Shown here: piece by piece, positions 50,268 to 59,715 of the stretch
How positions within the stretch are numbered: position 1 is the stretch's first letter
Layout: each line of letters begins with the position of its first letter
NCBI GenBank assembly: GCA_964403585.1
Contig: CAYOFQ010000001.1
Coordinates: 799,008 to 863,007, forward strand
DNA: 64,000 nucleotides
Direction: 5' to 3'
Source of the DNA: an uncultured Gammaproteobacteria bacterium
GTDB lineage: Bacteria > Patescibacteriota > Microgenomatia > JALYQM01
The notes under the pieces: generated by a model
Told to the model about the DNA's origin: nothing
Seen by the model: only the letters and a program-made list of their open reading frames with translations
Database searches by the model: none
Translations under genes and position numbers: made by a program

Positions 50268-50717
50268 ATGATAAACATCTCGAAGAAAAATCTAATCTTA
50301 GGAATAACCTTAGTAGGAGTTACTAGCTTATCCGCATGTAGTACCAACACTTCATCATCAGCCCCAAGCCCGACTCCACAGTCCGTACAATCAAATCAAG
50401 CTGTTTCATCAGAGTCACCTTCACAAAACTCAGGTCAAGAAAAAGTATTTACTGTAGAATCATCTAACTTTACTTTTGACATTAAAGAAATTAAAGTCAA
50501 AAAAGGCGATAAAGTAAAGATTGTTCTTAAAAATAAAGAAGGACTACATGACTGGGTAGTGGATGAGTTCAACGGTGGAAAAACTAAACAACTCAAAGCA
50601 GGCGAAGAAGATACCATTGAATTTGTTGCAGATAAAGTAGGAACTTTTGAATATTACTGCTCTGTTATGAAGCATCGTCAAATGGGCATGGTTGGCAAAC
50701 TTATAGTAGAAGAATAA
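50268..50717 (+). CDS. Cupredoxin (plastocyanin/azurin-like) lipoprotein
   Basis: Lipobox LSAC. GLHDW (His ligand). C-terminal YYCSVMKHRQMGMVGKLIV supplies the Cys, His and Met ligands. Confidence 0.75.
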   Translation: MINISKKNLILGITLVGVTSLSACSTNTSSSAPSPTPQSVQSNQAVSSESPSQNSGQEKVFTVESSNFTFDIKEIKVKKGDKVKIVLKNKEGLHDWVVDEFNGGKTKQLKAGEEDTIEFVADKVGTFEYYCSVMKHRQMGMVGKLIVEE

Positions 50718-50919
50718 TCTGCTAATACTATGTTTGACAAAACCAGTACAACTTAGTATAAATATGTAGTTTTGTATTATAGTTTGAGTATAAAATTTGA
50801 GTCTACCTCATTAAATATACTCGGAAATACGATATATTCATACGCACTAAGTAATCTGCCATAACGAATTCAAGATCAAATTCCATTCACCCTAACTTGT
50901 CAGCACGTATGAACTTTCT

Positions 50920-51636
50920 ATGGTTTCTTCCCTCAAAAAGATTTTCAATAGAATTTCTATCTTATGGATTTCTATTCCATTAGTTCAACGACTTGTTTGC
51001 CCGCGTTTCGGTAGCACGTTGTTTTCGCGTCTTGGCAGAATAATATTGTTACGGACTAACGCCTCTACGTTCTTTGGGGGGGTGCTCGTTGGTCTTACGC
51101 TTCTCTTCTTCTTATATGCTCCAGTAATAGAGCAGTTTGATAACCAATACAGTATAGCTTTTGGAGGTCAGCGTTCAGCTTATGCCCAGGAAAGCGAAGT
51201 TATATCGGAATCAGATATTCCAAACTTTGTAACTCCAATTATCACCACAAGTTCTGGTGAGCACAAATATCAGTCACCACTGCGCGATCCTCCAAAATTA
51301 TTACTTACTTCGTATTTTAGCAAATGGCATCCCGGATATGATTTGGCTACAGATTATGGAACACCAATTTATGCATCAAAAGAAGGAATTGTTGAAAGTG
51401 TTGAATATAGTAAAGTAGGATATGGTAATGCAGTATATATAAGCCATGACGAGGAATTCGTTTCTTTATATGCTCATATGAGTCGAATTATAGTTAAAAC
51501 AAATCAACCAGTCTCTCCAGGAACTGTTATTGGCTATGTGGGATCAACTGGACGCTCGACTGGACCACATGTTCACTTTGAACTCCGTAAAAATCAAGTG
51601 CCCCTTAACCCCAAATCACTAATTGGCAGTTTATAG
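50920..51636 (+). CDS. M23 family peptidase
   Basis: YAHMS...GSTGRSTGPHVHFEL. Confidence 0.8.
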   Translation: MVSSLKKIFNRISILWISIPLVQRLVCPRFGSTLFSRLGRIILLRTNASTFFGGVLVGLTLLFFLYAPVIEQFDNQYSIAFGGQRSAYAQESEVISESDIPNFVTPIITTSSGEHKYQSPLRDPPKLLLTSYFSKWHPGYDLATDYGTPIYASKEGIVESVEYSKVGYGNAVYISHDEEFVSLYAHMSRIIVKTNQPVSPGTVIGYVGSTGRSTGPHVHFELRKNQVPLNPKSLIGSL

Positions 51637-51685
51637 TAATAAATTTTGACCTTTGAGCGTAATTCCACTACAATGAGTAGTAGCT

Positions 51686-52081
51686 ATGGATAAAGGTGCA
51701 AAAGTAGGACAAGTATTAGGCGAATTAGAATCAGAGATAATGAATATTCTCTGGCAAGATAAACACGCTTTATCAGTACGACAGGTTACTGGCACACTAC
51801 AGCTCAAACGTAAAATTGCGTACACTACCGTGATGACAGTTATGGGAAGACTAGTGGAAAAAAGATTGTTAAGACAACAAGTCACTCATGGTCGAGCGTT
51901 CGTATATAAAACTGTATATTCTAAGGAAAAGTTTCTCACAAAGATCACAAGACAAATTATAAAAAACTTAACTTCAAGTTTTGGTGATATGGCAATAGCT
52001 CATTTTGCAAAAGAAGTAGAAAATATACCTGAGGAAAAGAAACGAAAATTACTTAAAATTTTAAACGAAGTGACTAAGTAA
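51686..52081 (+). CDS. BlaI/MecI/CopY-family winged-helix repressor
   Basis: ESEIMNILWQDKHALSVRQV...YTTVMTVMGRLVEKRLL. No C-terminal Cys motif, so BlaI-like rather than CopY. Confidence 0.75.
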   Translation: MDKGAKVGQVLGELESEIMNILWQDKHALSVRQVTGTLQLKRKIAYTTVMTVMGRLVEKRLLRQQVTHGRAFVYKTVYSKEKFLTKITRQIIKNLTSSFGDMAIAHFAKEVENIPEEKKRKLLKILNEVTK

Positions 52082-52082
52082 T

Positions 52083-52970
52083 ATGGCTACATCTCATAGA
52101 GTTTTTAGATTGTATTTAGTACTAACAGGTATTGTTTTTCTATTGTTCATATATACAGTAACAAAGCTTTTACCACTTTCAATAAATCATGTTGTTTATT
52201 ATTGCCAAAAGTCTATAGAGCATACGATTCTTTCACTTTCTCATCCGTTTCCTAATGCAATAATGCTAATTTTTTCTATTGCTTTGATAGTGGGCTTTTC
52301 ATTATTTTGTATATATATTGTTAGAACAAAAAACTTTACAAACTCGCTTTTAAAAAATAAATATAACCCTTCCAACTTACAAATTGATACAAAAATATTA
52401 AATACAATAGATTTTATAGAAAGTAAGGATGAAATAAGTTTTTGTTATGGAGTTATTAGTCCGAGAATTTGCATAAGCTCTGCGCTAGTTTCCTCATTGT
52501 CTATTGACGAGCTTAAAGCAGTACTCTTGCATGAATATACACACCTTCAAAATAAAGATCCATTAAAGATACTTCTATTAAAATCAATTACCTCTATGTT
52601 CTTCTTTATACCAATCTTAAAAGATATCCAAAACTACTTTATGCTTGCCAAAGAAATTGATGCTGACCAAATGGTAATGGCCGATATCAACAACAAACCT
52701 TATTTAAAATCAGCACTGACAAAAATTTTAGGATCATCATTAAACAAATTTAATATCGCTAATTTTTCAGAGAGCACTATACTCGAGCAAAGAATATTAA
52801 TTGCTAGTGGTTATAAAAAAAAGGTCACGTTCAGAGCTTCTTCTCAAAGTATTATTGTCTCACTTTTGAGCATCCTGCTTTTCTTTACTTTTATCAAATC
52901 ACCTCTGGTTATTAGTGAACCTAACTCAACTAAATACGAATACTTTTGTCAGCAAGATCTTCAGAATTAA
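52083..52970 (+). CDS. BlaR1-like M56 peptidase membrane protein lacking the penicillin-binding sensor domain
   Basis: HEYTHLQNKDPL (HExxH) after about 3 TM helices. Only 295 aa. Adjacent to the BlaI-like repressor (2-nt gap). Confidence 0.7.
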   Translation: MATSHRVFRLYLVLTGIVFLLFIYTVTKLLPLSINHVVYYCQKSIEHTILSLSHPFPNAIMLIFSIALIVGFSLFCIYIVRTKNFTNSLLKNKYNPSNLQIDTKILNTIDFIESKDEISFCYGVISPRICISSALVSSLSIDELKAVLLHEYTHLQNKDPLKILLLKSITSMFFFIPILKDIQNYFMLAKEIDADQMVMADINNKPYLKSALTKILGSSLNKFNIANFSESTILEQRILIASGYKKKVTFRASSQSIIVSLLSILLFFTFIKSPLVISEPNSTKYEYFCQQDLQN

Positions 52971-52983
52971 AAAAGTCAAACTT

Positions 52984-53871
52984 TTATATAACTTTCACCA
53001 TTTTCAAAACAAGAACTACTCCAATTAATATAATAATCACTGAACTAATTAAGGGGAAAAATTGTGAGACTTTTTGATTTGGAACATACTTATCAAAAAT
53101 CTGTTTAGAAGAAACCATTACAATTCCAATCGCTGCAATAACTGAAGCCATACCTAAACTAAAAACAGCAATTAATATCATTCCAAGTACTATTTTATTA
53201 AGACTAATAGCAATAATCATTATTGCAAGGGCTTCCGGGCAAGGTATCAGACCACCAGAAAACCCCAAGGAGATGATTTGTTTCATGTTTTTCTTACCGG
53301 GTATATCATTCAAGGAATGTACATGGTTAATATGTCCTGAGTCGTGAATATGAGAATGATGATAAGTTGAGTCATTGGACGCTTTATTGCCTTTGTATTC
53401 ATAGTATCTTTTTTGAAGAAGCCATATTCCTAAACTAAAAATTAACATCGCCGAAATGAGCTCAAGTAGTGGAATAATTTTTTCAGGTAAAAAATATTTT
53501 GTAGCAAATATTGAGATAAGTCCCAAAATATAAATTGATGAAGTATGTGTTATGGTTGTTACTCCAGCAAGAATAAGAGCATCCTTTTTAGTGCCATGTT
53601 GTCCAACAAGATAGGCAGCAACCAGAGTCTTGCCATGTCCTGGTGTCAACGAGTGAAGCCCTCCTAAAATAAATGCTATCCCTAGTGCCCAAAAATAAAC
53701 ATCAACCCCCGCCTTATCATTTTTTAACATAGTGGCTATTTGGTTGACCTTACTCTGTGCAGATTCATTTGGACTGGAGTTTGTATTCGATTGTCCATAG
53801 ACGAGAGAACTACCGCTGCTAATAGCAAGTAGACTTACAAAAAGAAATAATGTCGTAATAAAGTTCTTCAT
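52984..53871 (-). CDS. NicO/RcnA-family nickel/cobalt transporter
   Basis: HSLTPGHGKT motif, His-rich loop HHSHIHDSGHINHVH, 6 TM helices. Confidence 0.75.
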   Translation of the reverse strand: MKNFITTLFLFVSLLAISSGSSLVYGQSNTNSSPNESAQSKVNQIATMLKNDKAGVDVYFWALGIAFILGGLHSLTPGHGKTLVAAYLVGQHGTKKDALILAGVTTITHTSSIYILGLISIFATKYFLPEKIIPLLELISAMLIFSLGIWLLQKRYYEYKGNKASNDSTYHHSHIHDSGHINHVHSLNDIPGKKNMKQIISLGFSGGLIPCPEALAIMIIAISLNKIVLGMILIAVFSLGMASVIAAIGIVMVSSKQIFDKYVPNQKVSQFFPLISSVIIILIGVVLVLKMVKVI

Positions 53872-54035
53872 GGTTTATGCTTTCAGTAATAGTAAGTGCA
53901 CAACATTATTCTACTACGTCAAGTAGTAGGATAATATGAGATGCGATGAGGTTGTCTGTTTAAGAATTCCCAGATAGCCAATAGTACGATATAATACTAC
54001 GACGTGTAGTAATTGAGATACCTGAAAGAGAGACT

Positions 54036-54470
54036 GTGTTCATGAAGGAACTACTAAAAAAATATATTCTCTATATCGCTTGGATTCAGGCTATTATAGC
54101 AATGCTCGGAAGTCTTTATTTTAGTGAAATTGCAAAGTTTACTCCCTGCGTACTCTGTTGGTATCAACGCATTTTAATGTACCCACTTGTCGCACTGATC
54201 CCAGTTGGGATTTTGAGAAAAGATAAGGGACTTCCCACTTATGTGTTGCCTCTAACTGTAACAGGATTATTAATCTCGGGTTATCATAATCTACTGTATT
54301 ACAAGATTATTCCCGAAAGCGCAGCACCATGTAAGTTAGGTGTTTCATGCACGACTAAATTCATTCAATGGTTTGGATTTGTTACTATTCCATTCTTATC
54401 ATTTGTTGCATTTGCAGTTATCACTATATGTATGGTTATTTATCGGAGGTCGCAAAAAAAAGAACTATGA
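54036..54470 (+). CDS. bdbC: Disulfide bond formation protein (DsbB/BdbC family)
   Basis: LGSLYFSEIAKFTPCVLCWYQRILMYP resembles Bacillus BdbC. Second Cys pair in the later loop. Confidence 0.8.
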   Translation: MFMKELLKKYILYIAWIQAIIAMLGSLYFSEIAKFTPCVLCWYQRILMYPLVALIPVGILRKDKGLPTYVLPLTVTGLLISGYHNLLYYKIIPESAAPCKLGVSCTTKFIQWFGFVTIPFLSFVAFAVITICMVIYRRSQKKEL

Positions 54471-55123
54471 CAGGAGAAACAAAAATCATAACAACCGTAA
54501 TTGTAGTAACTATGCTGATATTAGTAGGAGGAGCTTATTTTGCAACAAGCTTTGGTCCAAAAGAAGCATTAACGATACTACCTAAAGAACAACTCAAATT
54601 ACTTTCGCGAGATGGTGATAATAAAATAGTTGCGGAAAAATCTAAAGTTACCATCACTGAATTTGCAGACTTCGAATGTGAGGCATGTGGAGCTACGTTT
54701 CCTATCGTCAAAAAGGTATTGGAAGAATACAAAGGAAGAGTTACCTTTGTTCACAAATATTTTCCCCTTCCCAATCACCGAAGTGGACGATTAGCTGCAC
54801 AAAGTGCCGGAGCTGCTGGAAAGCAGGGAAAGTTCTGGGAAATGTATAACAAATTATTTGAAAAACAGGCAGAGTGGGGAGAGCAGCAGACACCTCAAAA
54901 AGAGAAGTTCATCAGTTACGCAAAAGAAATCGGATTAGATATAGCTAATTTTGAAAAAGACCTTGATAATAAAGAATTAGAAGAACGTATTCAGCAGGAT
55001 ATTAACGATGGCAACGAGTTAGGAGTGAACTCAACACCTACATTTTTTATTAATGACGAGCGAATAGTAGGTGGAATGCCATATGAAGACTTTAAGAAAA
55101 AACTTGATGAAAAATTAAAATAG
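54467..55123 (+). CDS. Thiol-disulfide oxidoreductase (DsbA/BdbD family)
   Basis: TEFADFECEACG is a CxxC motif. N-terminal TM anchor. Start taken as the ATG overlapping the bdbC stop (ATGA); the track ORF begins earlier inside bdbC. Confidence 0.8.
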   Translation: MTGETKIITTVIVVTMLILVGGAYFATSFGPKEALTILPKEQLKLLSRDGDNKIVAEKSKVTITEFADFECEACGATFPIVKKVLEEYKGRVTFVHKYFPLPNHRSGRLAAQSAGAAGKQGKFWEMYNKLFEKQAEWGEQQTPQKEKFISYAKEIGLDIANFEKDLDNKELEERIQQDINDGNELGVNSTPTFFINDERIVGGMPYEDFKKKLDEKLK

Positions 55124-55132
55124 AGAGTAGCT

Positions 55133-57031
55133 ATGATAAACGACTTACTAAAAAATAAAAAGTTTACCTACTTACTTATTGCACTCGTAATTGTTGTTCC
55201 GCTTGAAATTTTATCTCTACTTAATGTCGAAATACCGTTAATTTTAGAGATATCACTATTTTCCATTATCATAATTTTATTTGGAAGGGGCGTTATCAAG
55301 AATGGTCTTGAAAGCCTTATCCACTTTAACTTCTCAAATATAAATCTGCTTATGACTATCGCTGTTATTGGTGCAGCGTATTTAGGAGAGTTTGAAGAGG
55401 CTGCAATTATTATTGTACTTTTTTCACTGGGAGAAACACTTGAAGAGTTTGGCATTGATAGAAGTCAGGGAGCACTTAAGGAGCTCGTCGATAATTCGCC
55501 TAAATCTGCTCAACTTAAAGGAAGAGAGGATAGAACTCTATTAGAAAATCTGAAAATAGGCGAAATAGTAATTATTAAGCCAGGGGATCAGATTCCGCTT
55601 GATGGAACTATCGTACGGGGCAGTTCCCTAGTCGATGAAAGTGCCATAACAGGTGAACCATTACCGAAAAGTAAAATAACAGGGGATCTAGTTTATGCCG
55701 GTACACATAATACGGGCGGCTACTTAGAAGTACAAATAACTAAAGATCCGAAAGATACGACGCTCTCAAAGATAATAAATTTGGCTTATAATGCCGCAGA
55801 GAAAAAATCACGAACACAGAGATTTATCGAAAAATTCGCAGGATATTATGTACCTTCAGTAATTATAATTTCGGTGGCACTCGTTATTATTCCTGTTTTC
55901 TTGCTGGGACAACCGTTCAATCCATGGTTTATTCAAGCATTAACCATTTTATTAATTTCGTGCCCATGTGCTCTCGTTATTTCAACCCCAATAAGTGTTT
56001 TTTCGGCAATCGGCAATGCCTCCAAAAAAGGAATACTAATAAAAGGAGGCTTGTATATCGAAGAAATCGGAAATATTAAGGCACTAGCATTAGACAAAAC
56101 ACGTACCCTAACAAAAGGTGAACCAATCGTATCTGACATCGTGGGATTTAATGGGGCATCACAGGATGACGTTTTAGAGTGCATCTCTGGCATCGAAGCA
56201 TTATCCGAACATCCCGTCGCCAAAAGTGTAGTAGACAAAGCGAAGCAAAAAGCACTAAATTCTCATGAATTTAAGAATTTTGAATCGATCATGGGAAAGG
56301 GAGTAAAAGGCGAATGTGCAATATGTTCAGATGCACATCATTGTGTTGGATCACTAAAGTTTATAACAGAAGAACATGCCGTTAACGATGAGGTAATCAA
56401 GAAAGTAGAAGAATTCGAAAAACAAGGTAAAACAACCATAGTTATGAGTGACCATAACAGAGTCACTGGTGTAATTGGAGTAATGGATGAGGTGCGACCA
56501 GAGAGTAAATCATTAATCAACCAACTGAAAGAAATGGGCATTACTCCAGTTATGCTCACAGGAGATAATACTTCGGCCGCAAATTATGTCTCTCAACAAC
56601 TTGGGATTACCGAGGTTCGATCTCAGTTACTTCCTCAGAATAAAGTTGAAGAAATCCAAGCTCTATTAAAAAAATATTCTTCGGTAGGAATGATTGGAGA
56701 TGGTGTAAATGATGCCCCTGCGCTTGCCACAGCGTCTGTAGGGATTGCAATGGGGGCAATTGGATCTGATGCGGCAATAGAGAATGCAGATATTGCATTA
56801 ATGAACAATAATTTAAGCGTTATCCCTTATCTTATCAGATTAAGTAAAACGACTGTAGCTAAAATACGATTTAACACTGCCTTGGCCATTGGGGTGAAAG
56901 CTCTTTTTCTTATATTCGCCTTCGTGGGGGTAAGCAACTTAGCTTTAGCAATTTTTGCCGACGTAGGAGTGACTGTGTTTGTCATACTTAATAGTTTGCG
57001 TTTATATGGCTATAATGAAACTACTTTATAA
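55133..57031 (+). CDS. P1B-type heavy-metal ATPase without N-terminal HMA domain; atypical DKTRT phosphorylation motif
   Basis: TGEP, CPCALVISTP, DKTRTLTKGE (canonical DKTGT), MIGDGVNDAPAL. 632 aa and starts directly with TM helices. Confidence 0.85.
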   Translation: MINDLLKNKKFTYLLIALVIVVPLEILSLLNVEIPLILEISLFSIIIILFGRGVIKNGLESLIHFNFSNINLLMTIAVIGAAYLGEFEEAAIIIVLFSLGETLEEFGIDRSQGALKELVDNSPKSAQLKGREDRTLLENLKIGEIVIIKPGDQIPLDGTIVRGSSLVDESAITGEPLPKSKITGDLVYAGTHNTGGYLEVQITKDPKDTTLSKIINLAYNAAEKKSRTQRFIEKFAGYYVPSVIIISVALVIIPVFLLGQPFNPWFIQALTILLISCPCALVISTPISVFSAIGNASKKGILIKGGLYIEEIGNIKALALDKTRTLTKGEPIVSDIVGFNGASQDDVLECISGIEALSEHPVAKSVVDKAKQKALNSHEFKNFESIMGKGVKGECAICSDAHHCVGSLKFITEEHAVNDEVIKKVEEFEKQGKTTIVMSDHNRVTGVIGVMDEVRPESKSLINQLKEMGITPVMLTGDNTSAANYVSQQLGITEVRSQLLPQNKVEEIQALLKKYSSVGMIGDGVNDAPALATASVGIAMGAIGSDAAIENADIALMNNNLSVIPYLIRLSKTTVAKIRFNTALAIGVKALFLIFAFVGVSNLALAIFADVGVTVFVILNSLRLYGYNETTL

Positions 57032-57052
57032 GTATTGAACTAATCAAGACAA

Positions 57053-57769
57053 ATGAAACATATTCTTGCCTTTCTATTTGCCACTGTCTTAGCAAGTATT
57101 CTCTATTATGGGACTACTTCATTAAATAAGAATGTACAGTTATCGTCATTCAGGAACATCACGGCACAACTTCTGTCTGAAGATTATGTAAAGGAAAATA
57201 TTTTATCTCAAAATGGAGAATTTAAAGAAAACGAATCTGAATATATCTTCAATAATAAAACATTCCCAGCCCCAGCAAATTATCTAAAATCTCTATCTAA
57301 TAAACCTGATTTATTACAAACAGTGCTGGGATCAACAACAGAAAGCAAAAAAATTATAGTGGATCTTGCTGCGCAACGTGTCTATGCTTATGAAGGTGAC
57401 CGACTTGCCTTTAACTTTTTAGTTTCAACGGGGAAATGGGACGCAACTCCTCCGGGAAATTATAAGATTTGGTATAAAGTAAGATCACAGACCATGAAAG
57501 GAGGCAGCAAAGAATTAGGAACATATTACTATTTACCCAACGTACAGTGGATACAATATTTTAATAATGGTATTGGTTTTCATAGCACATACTGGCATAA
57601 CAATTTTGGTACACCAATGTCACATGGTTGTGTGAATATGACTATCATTGATGCTGAAACACTGTATCATTGGGCAAGTCCTACAATGACCGAAAATAGA
57701 AAAATATTTAGATCCACGTCTGAAAACCCCGGTACTCCTGTAGAAGTAGTAAACTCCTGGGATTTTTAA
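57053..57769 (+). CDS. L,D-transpeptidase (YkuD domain)
   Basis: HSTYWHNNFGTPMSHGCVNM catalytic motif. Confidence 0.8.
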   Translation: MKHILAFLFATVLASILYYGTTSLNKNVQLSSFRNITAQLLSEDYVKENILSQNGEFKENESEYIFNNKTFPAPANYLKSLSNKPDLLQTVLGSTTESKKIIVDLAAQRVYAYEGDRLAFNFLVSTGKWDATPPGNYKIWYKVRSQTMKGGSKELGTYYYLPNVQWIQYFNNGIGFHSTYWHNNFGTPMSHGCVNMTIIDAETLYHWASPTMTENRKIFRSTSENPGTPVEVVNSWDF

Positions 57770-57775
57770 TGGAAA

Positions 57776-58096
57776 TTATCCGGTCATTTCATATTTTAAC
57801 AATGATAAAGTTTCCTCTTTAGCTTTTTCTACTGATTGTCCCCATGCCTTGGCAGCTTTATCGAATATTTCTTCAAGCTCTGGTTGTGGAGTAGCAGGAT
57901 CTTCTAACCATTTAAGCACAAGTTCTTTCGATTCCTTTGTTGATTTTTTCCATTTTTTCGCAATGTGCGAAAATGTCTCGGTTGTTATGTTATCTCCATT
58001 ACCCATAGAGTCATCGGGAGCCCAACATCCACAGTTGTAACACATATAATTCTCCTTTTTGAGGAGGTGCATGTCTTCTTCCATGAACCTCCTCAT
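57776..58096 (-). CDS. Small cytoplasmic Cys-motif protein (CYNCGC)
   Basis: 106 aa with N-terminal YMCYNCGCW. No signal peptide. Confidence 0.3.
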   Translation of the reverse strand: MRRFMEEDMHLLKKENYMCYNCGCWAPDDSMGNGDNITTETFSHIAKKWKKSTKESKELVLKWLEDPATPQPELEEIFDKAAKAWGQSVEKAKEETLSLLKYEMTG

Positions 58097-58109
58097 AACT
58101 GTTTATGAT

Positions 58110-58778
58110 TTATCTTTTTCTTAAATGAAGTGCTAACGAAATGGCTCCCAATAATAATCCACCATATGATACCCAAGTCGTAGAATTATTATTGTTTTGT
58201 GCAACCGCTTTAGTATTGTTCTGCGCAACAGCAGGCTTCTCTTCCTTTGCAAGGTCATCTATTACCTTAGTTTCAGAATATGGACGTGGTGCATTATGAT
58301 CATCTTCTTGTCCTTCTTTAGGCGGATTTTTTTCTGCATACTCCTTAACTACTTCAGGGCTATTTTCCCACGCTACAATATCTCCGTCTCCGTAAGTTTG
58401 ATACGCTTTCCAAACGATAGTTGTCTTTGAAGCGGGAGCCTGAGCACTAAATACAAATTCGTCTCTCTGCTCGGAAGGAATACTTCCACCAGTCCAGATA
58501 ATTTCTTTAACAACAGAATCTTCACCTTGCCCACTTTTCTTTAACTCAATTTTCCAGCCCGGTTTTACATTAGGTCGCACACTTTGTATACCTTCAGGAA
58601 TGATCAATCTCACAGCCACAGTTGGATCATCTTCTTCTGTCGGAACACTAACTACAAAGTTAGTTCTGGCTGCAACACCGATCTCACTTGGCTTAACACT
58701 AACATGCGCAAAAGCTGAAGAAGTACTTAAAGATAAAAATATTGGAACACTCAAAAGTACTATTAAATTCTTTTTCAT
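58110..58778 (-). CDS. ycnI: YcnI-like (DUF1775) copper-binding protein, C-terminally membrane-anchored
   Basis: Signal peptide ...SSAFA then HVSVKPSE. WKAYQTYGDGDIVAW parallels Bacillus YcnI. C-terminal TM helix. Confidence 0.8.
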   Translation of the reverse strand: MKKNLIVLLSVPIFLSLSTSSAFAHVSVKPSEIGVAARTNFVVSVPTEEDDPTVAVRLIIPEGIQSVRPNVKPGWKIELKKSGQGEDSVVKEIIWTGGSIPSEQRDEFVFSAQAPASKTTIVWKAYQTYGDGDIVAWENSPEVVKEYAEKNPPKEGQEDDHNAPRPYSETKVIDDLAKEEKPAVAQNNTKAVAQNNNNSTTWVSYGGLLLGAISLALHLRKR

Positions 58779-58812
58779 ATAATCTTTCGTAATAAAATCA
58801 AAAATAAAAATT

Positions 58813-59694
58813 TTACGAAAGAGAGTGAGGGGGAGATTTGTTCTTTATGGTCTCGCTGTTTTTATAGTAATATGTGGTTAGTCTGGCTTGACGAAACTGA
58901 GAGAAAAGTTCTAATTGTGGAGAAATATCAAGTGCTATTAAAGGTGAAGCTGTTTGTGTCGTACAGCACGGGTGTACTTGATGATCAGAGTGGGATGAAT
59001 TCTGTGCTTCTGCATGCTTAGTGTGAGTATCGTTTTCAATAAGTATCTGCGATTGGAAGCAGAGATTGAGTAATGTAACCGAGCTAATTAGGATAAAAAC
59101 AATTATTGAAGTTAAAGTTTTCGCGTTTTTTTTCGATTTATCACCTCTAAATTTATTCCAGAAGACAATTATGATAAATACTGCTGCAATAACACTAAGT
59201 ATCACATAGTGGAGTATGCTTTGCTGAGTGAAATCGCTGACATTACTCGTTTGAACGGGTAAATTTTGCTTGTCTGATTCTCTACTAACGCGTATTTCAT
59301 AGACAAGAGAAAACGAATCGAAAGTAAACGATTCAATCGGCATTCCATTAACCATTATTTTATAAATGCCTTTTTCTGGGAAAGTGTACCCAAAACTTGA
59401 ACTAGTTAAACTCGGATCACCATTGTGCTGACTAAACGTCGTGGAATAGATAACTCTTTCATCCTTGACTACTAGTGCTTCGCAATGACATTTCGATAAT
59501 TGAAATTTATTCTCTTTATCCTTAATTTCAAAGAAAAAATCTGATTGTTCACCAACAATAGGATCATCTTCTGGGCTAATATGAATTACAGCACCAATTG
59601 GACCATCTGTCTTAAGAGTATGAGCATCAACAGGCTCCACAAAAGAAACCACTGAAAGTACAATCGCAAGAATAATAATAAACTTTTTTACCAT
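58813..59694 (-). CDS. Secreted N-terminal-His protein (CopC-like pattern) with TM helix and Cys/His-rich tail
   Basis: Predicted cleavage VDA|HTLKTDGPIGAVIHISPEDDP. Mid TM helix. Tail HTKHAEAQNSSHSDHQVHPCC. Confidence 0.4.
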   Translation of the reverse strand: MVKKFIIILAIVLSVVSFVEPVDAHTLKTDGPIGAVIHISPEDDPIVGEQSDFFFEIKDKENKFQLSKCHCEALVVKDERVIYSTTFSQHNGDPSLTSSSFGYTFPEKGIYKIMVNGMPIESFTFDSFSLVYEIRVSRESDKQNLPVQTSNVSDFTQQSILHYVILSVIAAVFIIIVFWNKFRGDKSKKNAKTLTSIIVFILISSVTLLNLCFQSQILIENDTHTKHAEAQNSSHSDHQVHPCCTTQTASPLIALDISPQLELFSQFRQARLTTYYYKNSETIKNKSPPHSLS

Positions 59695-59715
59695 AGAATC
59701 ACCCTAATTATCACT

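Noticed and set aside
51686-52081. Calling the BlaI-like repressor CopY because of the copper context
   Set aside because: CopY needs the C-terminal CxCx4CxC metal site. This protein has no C-terminal cysteines, so BlaI/MecI-like is the supportable call.
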